A DNA stretch of 64,000 nucleotides, taken from NCBI RefSeq assembly GCF_006345805.1, contig NC_043023.1, positions 20,150,001 to 20,214,000 of the forward strand. Reading direction: 5' to 3'. The notes under the pieces are model-generated. The model was not told the origin of the DNA and did no database searches. It worked only from the letters and a program-made list of their open reading frames with translations. Made by a program: the position numbers and the translations under genes. This document shows positions 25,711 to 37,175 of the stretch, one piece after another. This DNA is from Octopus sinensis (Eukaryota). Position 1 is the first letter of the stretch. Each line of letters begins with the position of its first letter.

Positions 25711-27133
25711 AAACGATTTCTGTTCAATCTTCGTTCAACTCCATTTCTTCAATTCACTAATAATATATATATATATATATATATATATCGCGTGTCGTTG
25801 GGTTTTCCCACGCCCGCCTCCGCGGGACCACTCTTCCATCTTCCCCTCAGCTGGAGTCCTTTTTCCTTAACCCCCCCCCCCTTTTTTCGTTACACACATG
25901 CGCACACATATACACACATGCTTAAATATATACATTACTCTTACACACATTCAATCTCTCGCCATTTATACCACCACGACACTGGACACACACACACGCT
26001 GGCACGCTACATACGCCCCCACCCTTCCCCTCCCTCCCTTCTCCTTCCTTCTTTTTCTTACTACTGACCTTTGTCTGCTAAGCTGACCACTGTCTCGCCT
26101 ACTCACACGCCTACACACAGACGCACACACTACACACACATAATATATTTTTGTTTTTTCATCTCGCCTCACACACACACATACACACACGCACACGCAC
26201 ACACTCACACTACACACACATCTGTTGCGTTACCAACCTTGTCTCCACTCTTTTGCCTTTAAAATCCCACTTTGCTCTGTTTTCGTAAACATCCGCCTTT
26301 CACCATGTGCAACTCGTAAACACCAGTCGTTTTTTCTCTTTCCCTGTTGCCCGCTCTGGGATCTTCTTTCCTCTCTCTTCCTTCTTTATGTTTCCGATGA
26401 AGAGCTCCGCTCGAACGTCATACCTCCCTGCTTCCTTTCCTGAGCGCCTATTAATAATAATACTGTAATTGTTCCATTGTTGTTGTTTTTTTGTTCCCGT
26501 TTGGATTAAATTATATATATAAATATATATATACACACCAGTGTATATATGGCACCTGTGTCAGTGGCACATAAAAAACACCATCCGATCGTGGCCGTTT
26601 GCCATCCTCGTCTGGCACCTGTGCAGGTGGCACGTAAAAAGCACCCACTACACACATGGATGATTGGCATTAGGAAGGGCATCCAGCTGTAGAAACACTG
26701 CCAGATCTGACTGGAGCCTGGTGCATCCTTCGGGCTCCCCAGACCCCAGTTGAACCGTCCAACCCATACTAGCATGGAAAGCGGACGTTAAATGATGATG
26801 ATATACACATACATAAGCATATATATACAGACAGACATGTATGTATGTATTATATATATATATATATATGCATACATATATATATATATATATATGCATA
26901 CATACATACAATTGTATGTGTATATACATATGTCAGAAATGTGTGTGTGTGTGGTGTATATATATATACATATATATATATATTAATAAAAGGAATTCCA
27001 ATATATATTCTTCTATACACAATCACACATACCCGTATATATATCTATATATATATACACACACACAAATATTTGTGTGTATATATATATATATATACAC
27101 ACACACACAAATATTTGTGTATATATACATATT

Positions 27134-27165
<32 letters not shown>

Positions 27166-27190
27166 TATACACACATACATATATACATAT

Positions 27191-27221
<31 letters not shown>

Positions 27222-27236
27222 TACACACACACATAT

Positions 27237-27267
<31 letters not shown>

Positions 27268-27280
27268 CACACACACATAC

Positions 27281-27311
<31 letters not shown>

Positions 27312-27414
27312 TATACACATACATATATACACACACACATACCCACTATGACTCAAACAAACCACACCCCCTCCACACTCCTCGCCCCCATACAGGTATA
27401 TGCTATTGCATGCA

Positions 27415-27449
<35 letters not shown>

Positions 27450-28280
27450 ATGAAAGCAATCCTCTCAATTGCTGCTCAATATCGAATATCATAAAAAGTT
27501 CCTTTACTTCATTCTTTCCAAAATATTTCTAGAATATCAAATACTTTATTGAAAAGATGCAGGTGCACGTGTGTGTGTATATACACTCATCTCTGTCATC
27601 GTCATCATCTGGTGTCTGTTTTCCATGCTGGCATGGGTTGGACAGCTTGGCAAGACCTAATCGGCCAGAGAGCAACACTAGGTTCCAGATGTCTGTTTTA
27701 GCCTGGTTGCCATGGCTGGAATGTCTTTCCTAAAGCCAGAGTGGACTGGGTATCGTTTTATGTGGAACCGGTACAGGTGCCCTCAACGTGTTGCTGGCAT
27801 GAGTGTCTCAGGCATGTCATTGGCATAAGTACCTCACAGGTGCCTTTCACACGCCAATGTTAAAAACGCATTCTACAGATAATATTCTGTTCAGACATGG
27901 CCGTGTGGTAAGAAGCTTGCTTACCAACCACATGGTTCCAGGTTCAGTCCCACTGCGTGGCATCTTGGGCAAGTGTCTTCTGCTATAGCCTCGGGCTGAC
28001 CAAAGCCTTGTGAGTGGATTTGGTAGATGGAAACTGAAAGAAGCCTGTCATATATGTGTGTGTGTATTTGTCTCTCTCCCATTGTTTGACATCCGATTTT
28101 GGTGTGTTTATGTCTCCGTAACATAGCAGTTCGGCAAAAGAGACTGATAGAATAAGTACTGGGCTTACAAAGAATAAGTCCTGGAGTTGACTTGCTCGAC
28201 TAATGGCGGTGCTCCAGCATGGTCACAGTCAAATGACTGAAACAAATACAAGAATAAAATTTTAAATATATATATATATA

Positions 28281-28660
28281 GGCGCAGGAGTGGCTGTGTG
28301 GTAAGTAGCTTGCTTCCCAACCACATGGTTCCGGGTTCAGTCCCACTGCGTGACACCTTGGGCAAGTGTCTTCTACTATAGCCCCGTGCCGACCAAAGCC
28401 TTGCGAGTGGATTTGGTAGACGGAAACTGAAAGAAGCCCATCGTATACATGTATTTATATATGTATGTGTGTGTATATGTTTGTGTGTCTATGTTTGTCC
28501 CCCTAACATCACTTGACAACCAATGCTGGTGTGTTTATGTCTCCGTAACTTAGTGGTTCAGCAAAAGAGACCGATAGAATAAGTCCAGGGGTCGATTTGT
28601 TCGACTAAAGGCGATACCCCAGCATTGGCCACAGTCAAATGACTGAAGCAAATAAAAGAG
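28281..28660 (+). mobile_element. tRNA-derived SINE family 1 (representative copy)
   Basis: A-box TGGCTGTGTGG, B-box GGTTCAGTCCC, internal (TA/TG)n, body ending gactgaaacaagtaaaagag. Other copies or fragments lie near 5145, 5525, 6420, 7418, 19958, 20770, 23205, 45523 and 48405 (minus), and 15555, 27897, 46075, 52238, 55822, 58830, 58996, 60677, 62200 and 63459 (plus). Confidence 0.85.
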
Positions 28661-30169
28661 TAAAATTTAAAATATATATATACATATATATAGTGCCACA
28701 CAGTGGGACTGAACCCAGCTCTGTCTGGCACCTGTGCAGGTGGCACGTAAAAAGCACCCACTACACTCACGGAGTGGTTGGCGTTAGGAAGGGCATCCAG
28801 CTGTAGAAACATTGCCAGATCAGACTGGGCCTGATGCAGCCTCCTGGCTTCCCAGACCCCAGTTGAACCGTCCAACCCATGCCAGCATGGAAAACGGACG
28901 TTAAACGATGATGATGATGATATATAAAATGGTGTAAATGATGTGGTTGTTAAGCAAGCTACTTACCACCCAGCCACCCCTGCACAGGGATCACAACTAC
29001 AATTTCCATTGATGTTGGTGTACTTGACTCAATAGGTCTTCAGGGAAGGATTTTACACTTAGGGTGTTGACAGAAAGGACTGATTTTTTTTTTATTGTCC
29101 ACAAGGGCCCACAAAGAGGGGACAAGCAAAAGATGTGGGAACATATAACATATGAAAAATGAATTACATGAATTTATACAAATGAGGATGAGACAGCCAC
29201 CCTGACCCCCCTACAGGGTGGTTACGCCTTTACAATTAATTCCATTGTTCATTATGTTGTCAGCACCGCCTCGACTGGCACCTGTGCCGGTGGCACGTAA
29301 AATGCACCAATCCGATCATGGCCGTTGTCAGCCTCCCCTGGCACCTGTGCCGGTGGCACGTAAAATGCACCAATCCGATCATGGCCGTTGTCAGCCTCCC
29401 CTGGCACCTGTGCCGGTGGCACGTAAAATGCACCAATCCGATCATGGCCGTTGTCAGCCTCGCCTGGCACCTGTGCCAGTGGCACGTAAAAAGCACGCAC
29501 TACACTCACGGAGTGGTTGGCGTTAGGAAGGGCATCCAGCTGTAGAAACATTGCCAGGTCAGACTGGAGCCTGGTGCAGCCTCCTGGCTTCTCAGAACCC
29601 GGTCGAACCGTCCAACCCATGCCAGCATGGAAAGCGGATGCTAAATGATGATGATGATGATATATATATATATATATATACATACATACATACATATATA
29701 TGTTGGCGTTAGGAAGGGCATCAAGCTGTAGAAACACTGCCAGATCAGACTGGAGCCTGGTGCAGCCTCCTGGCTTCCCAGACCCCAGTTGAACCGTCCA
29801 ACCCATGCCAGCATGGAAAGCAAACGCTAAACGATGATGATGATGATGATGATGATCTATTTACCATTTTCTCTTTTTTTTCCTTATTTTTCAAACAATA
29901 TTTTCTTAAAAATTTTTACTTACCATTTGATGTCATCTTGCATTTCATCATATTCTTCCACCGGGGGACGAGGTTCATTTTTCACCCCTGGCCCCACAGG
30001 GCTTACTTCCGAAGGAAATGATTCCTTTAGTGACCTAAACTTTCCTTCATCTTCTAGGGTGCACTCTGGGTTCTTATTGTAACCCTTTTGTCAATTTCAC
30101 CCTCCTAATATTTCGAGGGTTTTTGTTATTTGCTTCTTTCTATTCTCTAGTTTGTGTTGACACAACAGA

Positions 30170-30612
30170 CTGATGATGAAGATGATGATGATGATGATGG
30201 TGATGATGATCATAATGATGAATATGATATGATGATGATGACGGCGATGATGATGATGATGATGATGATGATGACGATGATGATGATGATGACGGCGGCG
30301 ATGATGATGACGGCGGCGATGATGATGATGGTGATGATGATGTGATGGTGACGATGATGATGATGATGCTGATGATGATAATGACGGCGATGATGATGGT
30401 GATGACGATGATGATGATGGTGATGTGATGATGATGATGATGAAGATGATGATGATGATGATGATGATGAAGATGATAAAGATGGCAATGATAATGATGG
30501 TGATGATGATGATATGATGAAGATGATGATGATGATGATGATATGATGAAGATGATAAAGATGGCAATGATAATGATAATGATGATAACGATGATGAAGA
30601 CAGTGATGATTG
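30170..30612. repeat. Compound (GAT)n/(GAC,GGC) microsatellite
   Basis: Direct reading; source of the poly-H/I/S/M ORFs. Confidence 0.95.
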
Positions 30613-30791
30613 AGGAGGCAGCCCATGAAGGAGTGGGGCAGCTCCTTTACTGAAAAATGAAAAGAAAAATGAGAAGCAAAAAAAGGTTAAACATCAAATG
30701 GCAAAATTCCTTAGAAAATGTCCCTTCATAGAAAAGATAAAAACAAAAAAAAAAGGAAAAAAAACCCTTGTTTTGTTTGTCACTAAATGTA

Positions 30792-30797
30792 TTTATT
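30792..30797 (-). promoter_or_regulatory. Candidate polyadenylation signal of CSGALNACT
   Basis: AATAAA on the minus strand about 280 nt after the stop codon. Confidence 0.4.
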
Positions 30798-31073
30798 GCA
30801 CATTAACCGGCCTAACCCACAACAGCAACGGTGTCTAGCTGCCAGTGGGAGCATACTACAATGCAGACAGTTCGTAAATTTGTTTTGTTCATTGTTTCTC
30901 GCACGAAAGTCTTTTTCCATGAAGACACACACACACGCACGCATAAATGCACTCGAAAATCCTTGCATCCTTTCCACTAATCCAGCTGACATTTATATAT
31001 ATACACCCACCCCCCACTAACCCTCCCCCCGTCCCCGACCGACCCCCCTCCCCGCTCCCCACCCACGCCCACC

Positions 31074-32849
31074 TCATCGACTACTCAAGCGTTTGTAGCC
31101 CTGGTGTATGTCTATCTCGTCCTTGAATGCCAAGAGTCCAAGCTGTGCGTGTGACGCCTCGTTCAGGGCCTTCGACTGGATGCAGCTGCGATATTGCTTC
31201 GGTGTGAGGCTGGGGTCGCAGGTCTTCCCATGGTACAGGTGGAATATCCCTGGATCCGTTGCCCTTATCACCAGGTACTTACTGCGTACGTACTTCTGGT
31301 AGAGCAGCACATCCTCGCCGCCCCAGCCGGTGATCTGCTCGTCGAATCCACGGATGGTGAGGAAGTCCGACTTGTACTGACACGTCATTCCGTAACCAAA
31401 GTCCCTCCAGAACCCCGTGTCCCTCGATATTACCAATTGGTCCTTCTCTGGGGGTATGAGCATGTCATGGAGCGAGTAGACAACGTTGGGGTTATACAGG
31501 CTGAACACGATTGGGTAGTAGACCCGTTTGTCTGGGGTTGCGTTCAGTCGACATCGCTCTAAGAAATCCACACCGAACACAATGTCGACATCACAGAAGA
31601 ACATGAGTACATTGCTGTTGCGCCAATTGAGGGCACCAACCTGCAGCCCTTGGCCACGCGAGAACTTCTCCTTCAGGCTGATCAGTTTGATGTATTTAAA
31701 CTTGTAAGAGTGGGCCATGCCTGACAGCATGTCCTTGACAGTGGAGAGTCCCTCCTTGCCAAAGTACACAACCGTGAGAAACACTCGTTTGTCCTGCAGA
31801 ACGCAAGTGCGCACAAAACGGTCAAGGAACAGGCGAAAGGTCTCCGTCCGTCCGGAGAGTGGAAGGATTAGGTTGATCCATTCTTTGTTCGTATTCACCC
31901 AGTTTTTCGTGATCAACTGAATGGGGCCGAAAGGCCGTATCACGGAGAGCTTTGAGTAGTAGTTTTTCATCCCAGGTCGGTCAATGTCGTGGAAGTAGAG
32001 CTCATAGTGGGAACCGCTTGTTGGATCGATACGGTAAATGCCCTCGGCAAAATTCTCGGCACCATACTGGCCCATCCCTTTACGGTTTTCATTCAGTTGG
32101 TCAACAGAGAACTGAATCACTTCGCTGAGGTCTTTCTTCTTGAAGCCAATTGGTTTCTCGACGACCCTCTTGCCAAGTCCAGGTTCTACGAGGAAGATTC
32201 GAGTTGCTGAAAAACGATTAAAAGGAATGAGTTCATACTCGGACTTGAGTGGCACTCCGTGGAGTATCTCTGCTGCCCTTATCTGTTCCAAGAAAAACCG
32301 AGTGTAATTGAAACTGTTGTTTACGTCGAGCGTTTGGACCTTGCTCTCAGTTGGAATATTCTTCTTGCCTTCGGTTTCATCTTTGCTGTTGGCGCCTTGC
32401 TCGTTTTTATTCTTAATTTCACCATTATCATCATCATCGTCGTCGTCGTCATTATTGTTGTTGTTTTTGTTGTTGCTTTCAGCAGCAGAGATTTGCAAAG
32501 TCAGGTTCTTCGTCTTGAGGAACGCCGTCTTGAGGGCAGCTTCCAGGAACCGAATCTGTTTCCGCAACTTGGTCGTCTCTCGGTTGTAGCGCTTGGTCAA
32601 CACCATGAGCTTCTCGTGTTCGACAGCAGCAGAGAGCGTGTTTGCAGAGGACTTGTTGTTGACACCCGCCCGGCGGGCCCGGTTTGCTGGCAGCACATCC
32701 GCACCCCCGGCGGCAGCGGCGGCGGCAGCAGCTTCCTCGGCCTGCTGCCGGAAATAATGGTCAATGTTGAGCCCGCAACGAGCAATCAACATCAACGTGA
32801 CCACACTGAGTGTGAAAAGTACCAGTAATATACGAGGCATGGTCTTCAT
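31074..32849 (-). CDS. CSGALNACT: Chondroitin sulfate N-acetylgalactosaminyltransferase (CSGALNACT1/2 ortholog), 591 aa, uninterrupted CDS
   Basis: Type II membrane layout: N-terminal hydrophobic ILLVLFTLSVVTLMLIA, then a coiled-coil stem. Family motifs follow: EGIYRIDPTSGSHYELYF, RPFGP, LTVVYFGKEGL, FFCDVDI (DxD), YYPIVFSLYNP, GFWRDFGYGMTCQYKSDF, GWGGEDV, CIQSKALNEASH. An in-frame upstream TAA at 32895-32897 supports ATG 32849 as the start. Confidence 0.95.
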   Translation of the reverse strand: MKTMPRILLVLFTLSVVTLMLIARCGLNIDHYFRQQAEEAAAAAAAAGGADVLPANRARRAGVNNKSSANTLSAAVEHEKLMVLTKRYNRETTKLRKQIRFLEAALKTAFLKTKNLTLQISAAESNNKNNNNNDDDDDDDDNGEIKNKNEQGANSKDETEGKKNIPTESKVQTLDVNNSFNYTRFFLEQIRAAEILHGVPLKSEYELIPFNRFSATRIFLVEPGLGKRVVEKPIGFKKKDLSEVIQFSVDQLNENRKGMGQYGAENFAEGIYRIDPTSGSHYELYFHDIDRPGMKNYYSKLSVIRPFGPIQLITKNWVNTNKEWINLILPLSGRTETFRLFLDRFVRTCVLQDKRVFLTVVYFGKEGLSTVKDMLSGMAHSYKFKYIKLISLKEKFSRGQGLQVGALNWRNSNVLMFFCDVDIVFGVDFLERCRLNATPDKRVYYPIVFSLYNPNVVYSLHDMLIPPEKDQLVISRDTGFWRDFGYGMTCQYKSDFLTIRGFDEQITGWGGEDVLLYQKYVRSKYLVIRATDPGIFHLYHGKTCDPSLTPKQYRSCIQSKALNEASHAQLGLLAFKDEIDIHQGYKRLSSR

Positions 32850-33666
32850 GTTTGGAGGACGGCATAGCCAAGTGTCTCTGAGTGGCTGGAGGGGTTAATG
32901 GGTGAGTGACTCAGCTGTTGAGTAGTTGAGGGTTTGAGTGACTCAGTGACTCAGTCACTTGGTTTTTGAGTAGCTCAGGGGTTGAGCGAGTGGGCCTTAG
33001 ACACTGAGTTAATACAGTAGTTGAACAATCCAGTTGGTGAGAGATTCAGTGGCTCAGTTGCTCAGGGGTCGAGGGTGCATATCTTAGCTTTTGGGTGAGT
33101 CAGTAACCAAGACACTAAGTGATTGGGTGAACGTGCCTCAGTCGTTGAGCGAATGTGCCTCAGTCACTGAGTGAACGTGCCTCACTTGTTGAGTGACCCA
33201 GCTACTGAGTGGCTCTGTGATCAAATGGGTGTATTGTAGTTACTGAGGGGCCTCAATGACTGAGTTGCTCATTTGTCGAAAAGTTTAGTGCTTGAGTGAG
33301 CATGTATCAGCTGTTGAGTGACTCAGTGGCCAAGTGAGTGTACCTGAGTTGTTGAGTTGCTCAATGAGTGAGCAGATCAGTAATTGAGGAAGTGTGTGCC
33401 TCAGTAGTTGAGCAACCCAGCTGTTGAGCAGCTCATTGTTCAAAGGAGGTGTTGAGAGATTCAGCAGGGAGGGTCAGTTGAGTATTTCCCTGAGTGAGTG
33501 ACTCGGTTATACAGAGGTCCTGCAGCTGAGTGAATGGAACTGAGTATCCGTGCATCAAGAAAAGCTGATTTTCTCAGTGTCACCGGTGGTCCAGCAACAT
33601 ACGGGGTGCTGTGCTCGAGTGGCTGAGGGACCTGGGAAGAGTGGTTTCTATGTTGACGGCCAAAAC
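32850..33666 (-). other. 5'UTR portion of the CSGALNACT coding exon (817 nt) downstream of a splice acceptor
   Basis: The minus strand reads ACTAAT (branch-like, 33699-33694), a polypyrimidine tract, then CAG ending at 33667. The upstream non-coding exon(s) were not identified. Confidence 0.7.
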
Positions 33667-33867
33667 CTGAAAAGAAAAGAAAGAAAGCAGTGAATTAGTT
33701 TACAGAGCCACAAGGAGACTGAGGTATTGCATAAGAGCAGTTCAGGAGAATAACAACAATAATAATAATAACGATAATAATCATAAATGCCCTGATGAGA
33801 GGACCCGGCAAGACTAGTGAGACCATAACCCGTGGCCTCTACCTGGTATGTAGCCAGTCGACTTATA

Positions 33868-34200
33868 CATACGGACTTGGTAAACACCCACAAAGTTATC
33901 AACCACCTCACCAACAACAACACTGAACACCTTTTTGATCTCCATGTGTCTAACACACGTGGACATGCCTACAAAGTAAGAAAGAAACACAGCTCCCATG
34001 ACTTTCGGAAACATTTTTTCACGCTCAGAGTTGCTGAAGCATGGAATACCTGCCTGCGTCAGTTGTTGACTGCCATGACACTGCATCCTTAAGGCCCTCA
34101 TGCTTTCCGAAATCCACCGAAACTACACCTGATTATATATACACTTTAGATGAGTTGTAGTGCACCTGAGCACTGTACACAATTTTTATTATTATTATTA
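33868..34200 (+). mobile_element. CR1-type LINE 3' fragment inserted into an RTE 3'UTR remnant
   Basis: NTRGHAYKVRK...RKHFFTLRVAEAWN, then a (TTA)n tail. The flanks (33745-33867 and 34200-34300) match consecutive RTE 3'UTR sequence at 56680-56820. Confidence 0.75.
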
Positions 34201-34346
34201 TACCTTTTCTTCTTGGGACACAAAACACCACTTGTGAAGACCCGTTGAGGCAAGTGAAAATCAAAATCAGAATCAAAATCAAATCAAATCAAATCAGATA
34301 TCAGAAAGCAGAACACAAAGAAATGTGCGAACTGTTGTTGAATGAA

Positions 34347-34482
34347 CAGCATACTTCCATAGGTCTCGGTCTCTAGTCATTTCCTTGGTGAGACCTAAAG
34401 TTCGAATGTTGTGCTTCACCACCTCGTCCCAGGTTTTCCTGGGTCTACCTCTTCCACAAGTCCCCTCAACTGCCAGGGTGTG
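34347..34482 (-). mobile_element. RTE LINE ORF2 C-terminal fragment
   Basis: VEGTCGRGRPRKTWDEVVKHNIRTLGLTKEMTRDRDLWKYAV. Confidence 0.8.
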
Positions 34483-34594
34483 TCGAAATGTTGTTCATTC
34501 AACAACAGTCGCACACCTCTTTGTGTTTCTTCACCTTCAGGTGGAGTAACGTCAATCCTTAAATATTATCAAAATATAATAATAATAATAATAA

Positions 34595-34775
34595 TCTGTT
34601 GTGTCTGGGGAGGGTCATTCTCTTTCAGTGCCTTATTATTCAACACACTCTCTGGTAAAATTTCCACTTATTTCTTACTTTTATTTCCAAAATAAGAAAT
34701 AAGTGGAAATTTTACCGGTGAGTGTGTTAAATAATAAGGCACTGAAAGAGAATGACCCTCCCCAGACACAACAGA
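34595..34775. repeat. 83-bp inverted repeat with a ~15-nt spacer, between (AAT)n tracts
   Basis: 34595-34677 versus the reverse complement of 34693-34775, three mismatches. Confidence 0.9.
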
Positions 34776-34951
34776 ATATGCTTCAACACACAAACTCATA
34801 TAAAGAATCTTGCAAACCAAATCCCAAAACGAAATAATAATAATAATAAAACGATAATAATGATAATAATAATAATTAATAATAATGATAATAATAATAA
34901 TAATAATAATAATAATTAATAATAATGATAATAATAATAATGATGATAATG

Positions 34952-34993
<42 letters not shown>

Positions 34994-36102
34994 GCCCTGA
35001 TGCAGTCCCAGGCAGTGGCTCTCGTGGCTTCTGATCTTAACTGATTGGAAGTGTTATCATGTCCATTGTTTTGTCTTGGTATAAAAGATGGGCCACAGCA
35101 AATATTCTGCTCAATACCACAGATTTGCTTGTCAGTTGTTTGACTTTAACCAGTTGAGCATGTCCCTTGATGGCTGACGATATGTGCAATATGTCCAGTA
35201 CCTGATCGATCCCAAAATGTAATCAGTTTTTGCTAGTCATGAGGTCAAACATCCCTGGATGGATTTCATCTGAATCCATCCAGCAGATCTTGAGATATCT
35301 TGTCCAGAGACAAACAAACAAATGCAACTAAAAACAATACTTCCGCCTTCGCTAAGGCAGCATGCAGAGGGGAGGCCTGTATGCATGGTGACGGCTGGTC
35401 TGCCATAAACAACCTTGATTGGACTTGTGCCTCAGAGTGGGAACTTTCTAGGTTCAATCCCACGGTCAGTCATGACCGAAGGGGGTCTCGGCATGTATCA
35501 ATGTATGTAAATCTATGCATATTTATGTATACACACACATGTATGTGTGCGTATGTATGCATGTATATATATATGTTGGTGGCACGTAAAAGCACCATCT
35601 GTTCGTGTCCGTTGCCAGCCTCGCCTGGCCCCCGTGCCGGTGACACGTAAAAGCACCATCCGTTCGTGGCCGTTTGCAAGCTCCGTCTGGCACCTGTGTG
35701 GGTGGCACGTAAAAAGCACCCACTACACTCACAGAGTGGTTGGCGTTAGGAAGGGCATCCAGCTGTAGAAACACCGCCAGATCAGACTGGGCCTGACGAA
35801 GCCTTCCAGTTTCACAGACCCCAGTTGAACCGTCCAACCCATGCTAGCATGGAAAACGGATGCTAAATGATGATGATGATGATGATGATATATGTGTGTG
35901 TGTGTGAGTGTGTATGGATGTATGTATGTAAATCTGTGCATGTATACGAATTTAGGAATGCATATATATGCATAAACACATATACATTTATATACACCAC
36001 ACACATGTATGTATATATGTGTGTGTGTGTCTGGATGGATGGATGTAAGTCTGTGCATGTATCTCAATGTGTGTATGATGAGTATGTGCATGCGTAGTGT
36101 GG

Positions 36103-36149
<47 letters not shown>

Positions 36150-36481
36150 GTCTAGATGTGAGAGCATTCGGTGGCCGTTCACGTGAGAACCTCTCCACAC
36201 ATGCCCTCCATGTGTAATGCAGCCGAAGGCACCACCCACCAGCTTGACACCGTTTACACAGATGGATTGCAACACGAGACAGGGTGGAGGGGTAGAGACG
36301 TGGGGTGGGGGTGGGGGTTACAAGCAGGAGTGGGGGAGGGCCAGGGGCTTCTTGACACACATTGATGGAGTGTGCATGTACCGGACAACCCGACTAGATA
36401 AACACATTGCATTCTGTGGTTTCTTCACCCCCCCCCCCCACCTCAGATTCATTTGTTTGCTCTTTGCTCTGTGTGTGTATA

Positions 36482-36697
36482 GGAGGGGGTGCTGAAAAGT
36501 TCCTGGCCCTGGGTAAAAGAAAATCTGGGAGTATCAGTTGATTACGATTTTATTGAATATATTCCCCCTCTCAGATTCACACACTTCTTGCAGGGGTCCT
36601 TCAGTTTTTCTAGGCCCTCTAAAAAGAACTTGGAAAGTTGGGCCTCCAACCAGGCCTTTTACGAAACCCTTAAAGCCAGGAACTTTGCAGCACATGT
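36482..36697. mobile_element. Mariner-type MITE
   Basis: Inverted ends gtgctgaaaagttcctggc / gccaggaactttgcagcac; related ends at about 38890 and 51635. Confidence 0.6.
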
Positions 36698-36812
36698 CCA
36701 ATGTATGTATATATAAAATATATAAAATATATAATATATATATATATATATATATGTGGTATATATATAGATATGTGTATATATATAGATATTGATATAT
36801 TTATTATATAGA

Positions 36813-36862
36813 AGATTCTACAGGACTAGTACTGTTTCATTCAGAGAAATCTTCAGGAAGCT
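36813..36862 (-). ncRNA. Type I hammerhead motif, left arm (mirror copy) of the same palindrome
   Basis: Minus strand reads AGCTTC-CTGAAGA-tTTCtctGAAt-GAAA-CAG-tactagtc-CTG-TA-GAATCT, with one mismatch in stem I. Confidence 0.7.
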
Positions 36863-36908
36863 TCCTGAAGATTTCTCTTGAATGAAACAGTACTAGTCTG
36901 TAGAAGCT
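36859..36908 (+). ncRNA. Type I hammerhead motif, right arm of a head-to-head palindrome
   Basis: AGCTTC-CTGAAGA-tTTCtcttGAAt-GAAA-CAG-tactagt-CTG-TA-GAAGCT. Six-bp stem I, 4-bp stem III with palindromic loop, GUA site (cut after 36902), U.U pair at the base of stem II. Confidence 0.8.
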
Positions 36909-36984
36909 CCTTCTATATAATAAATTATTTTACTCTGCTATGTATTGAGTACCTACTTACTGTGGTTAACCGGATCACCCGGTA

Positions 36985-37141
36985 CCTACATAACGATATG
37001 TGTATATATATAGATATGTGTATATATATAGATATGTGTATATATATAGATATGTGTATTATAGGGCGGTATATAATATATATATAGATATGTGTAATGT
37101 ATATATATATATTAATATATATATATATATATAGATATGTG

Positions 37142-37175
<34 letters not shown>

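Larger units (their letters stand above)
36800..36990. mobile_element. Head-to-head double-hammerhead palindrome with 3' extension, inserted in a TA-rich array
   Basis: Near-perfect palindrome 36800-36924 centred on AAGCTT (36858-36863) with no spacer. Confidence 0.75.
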
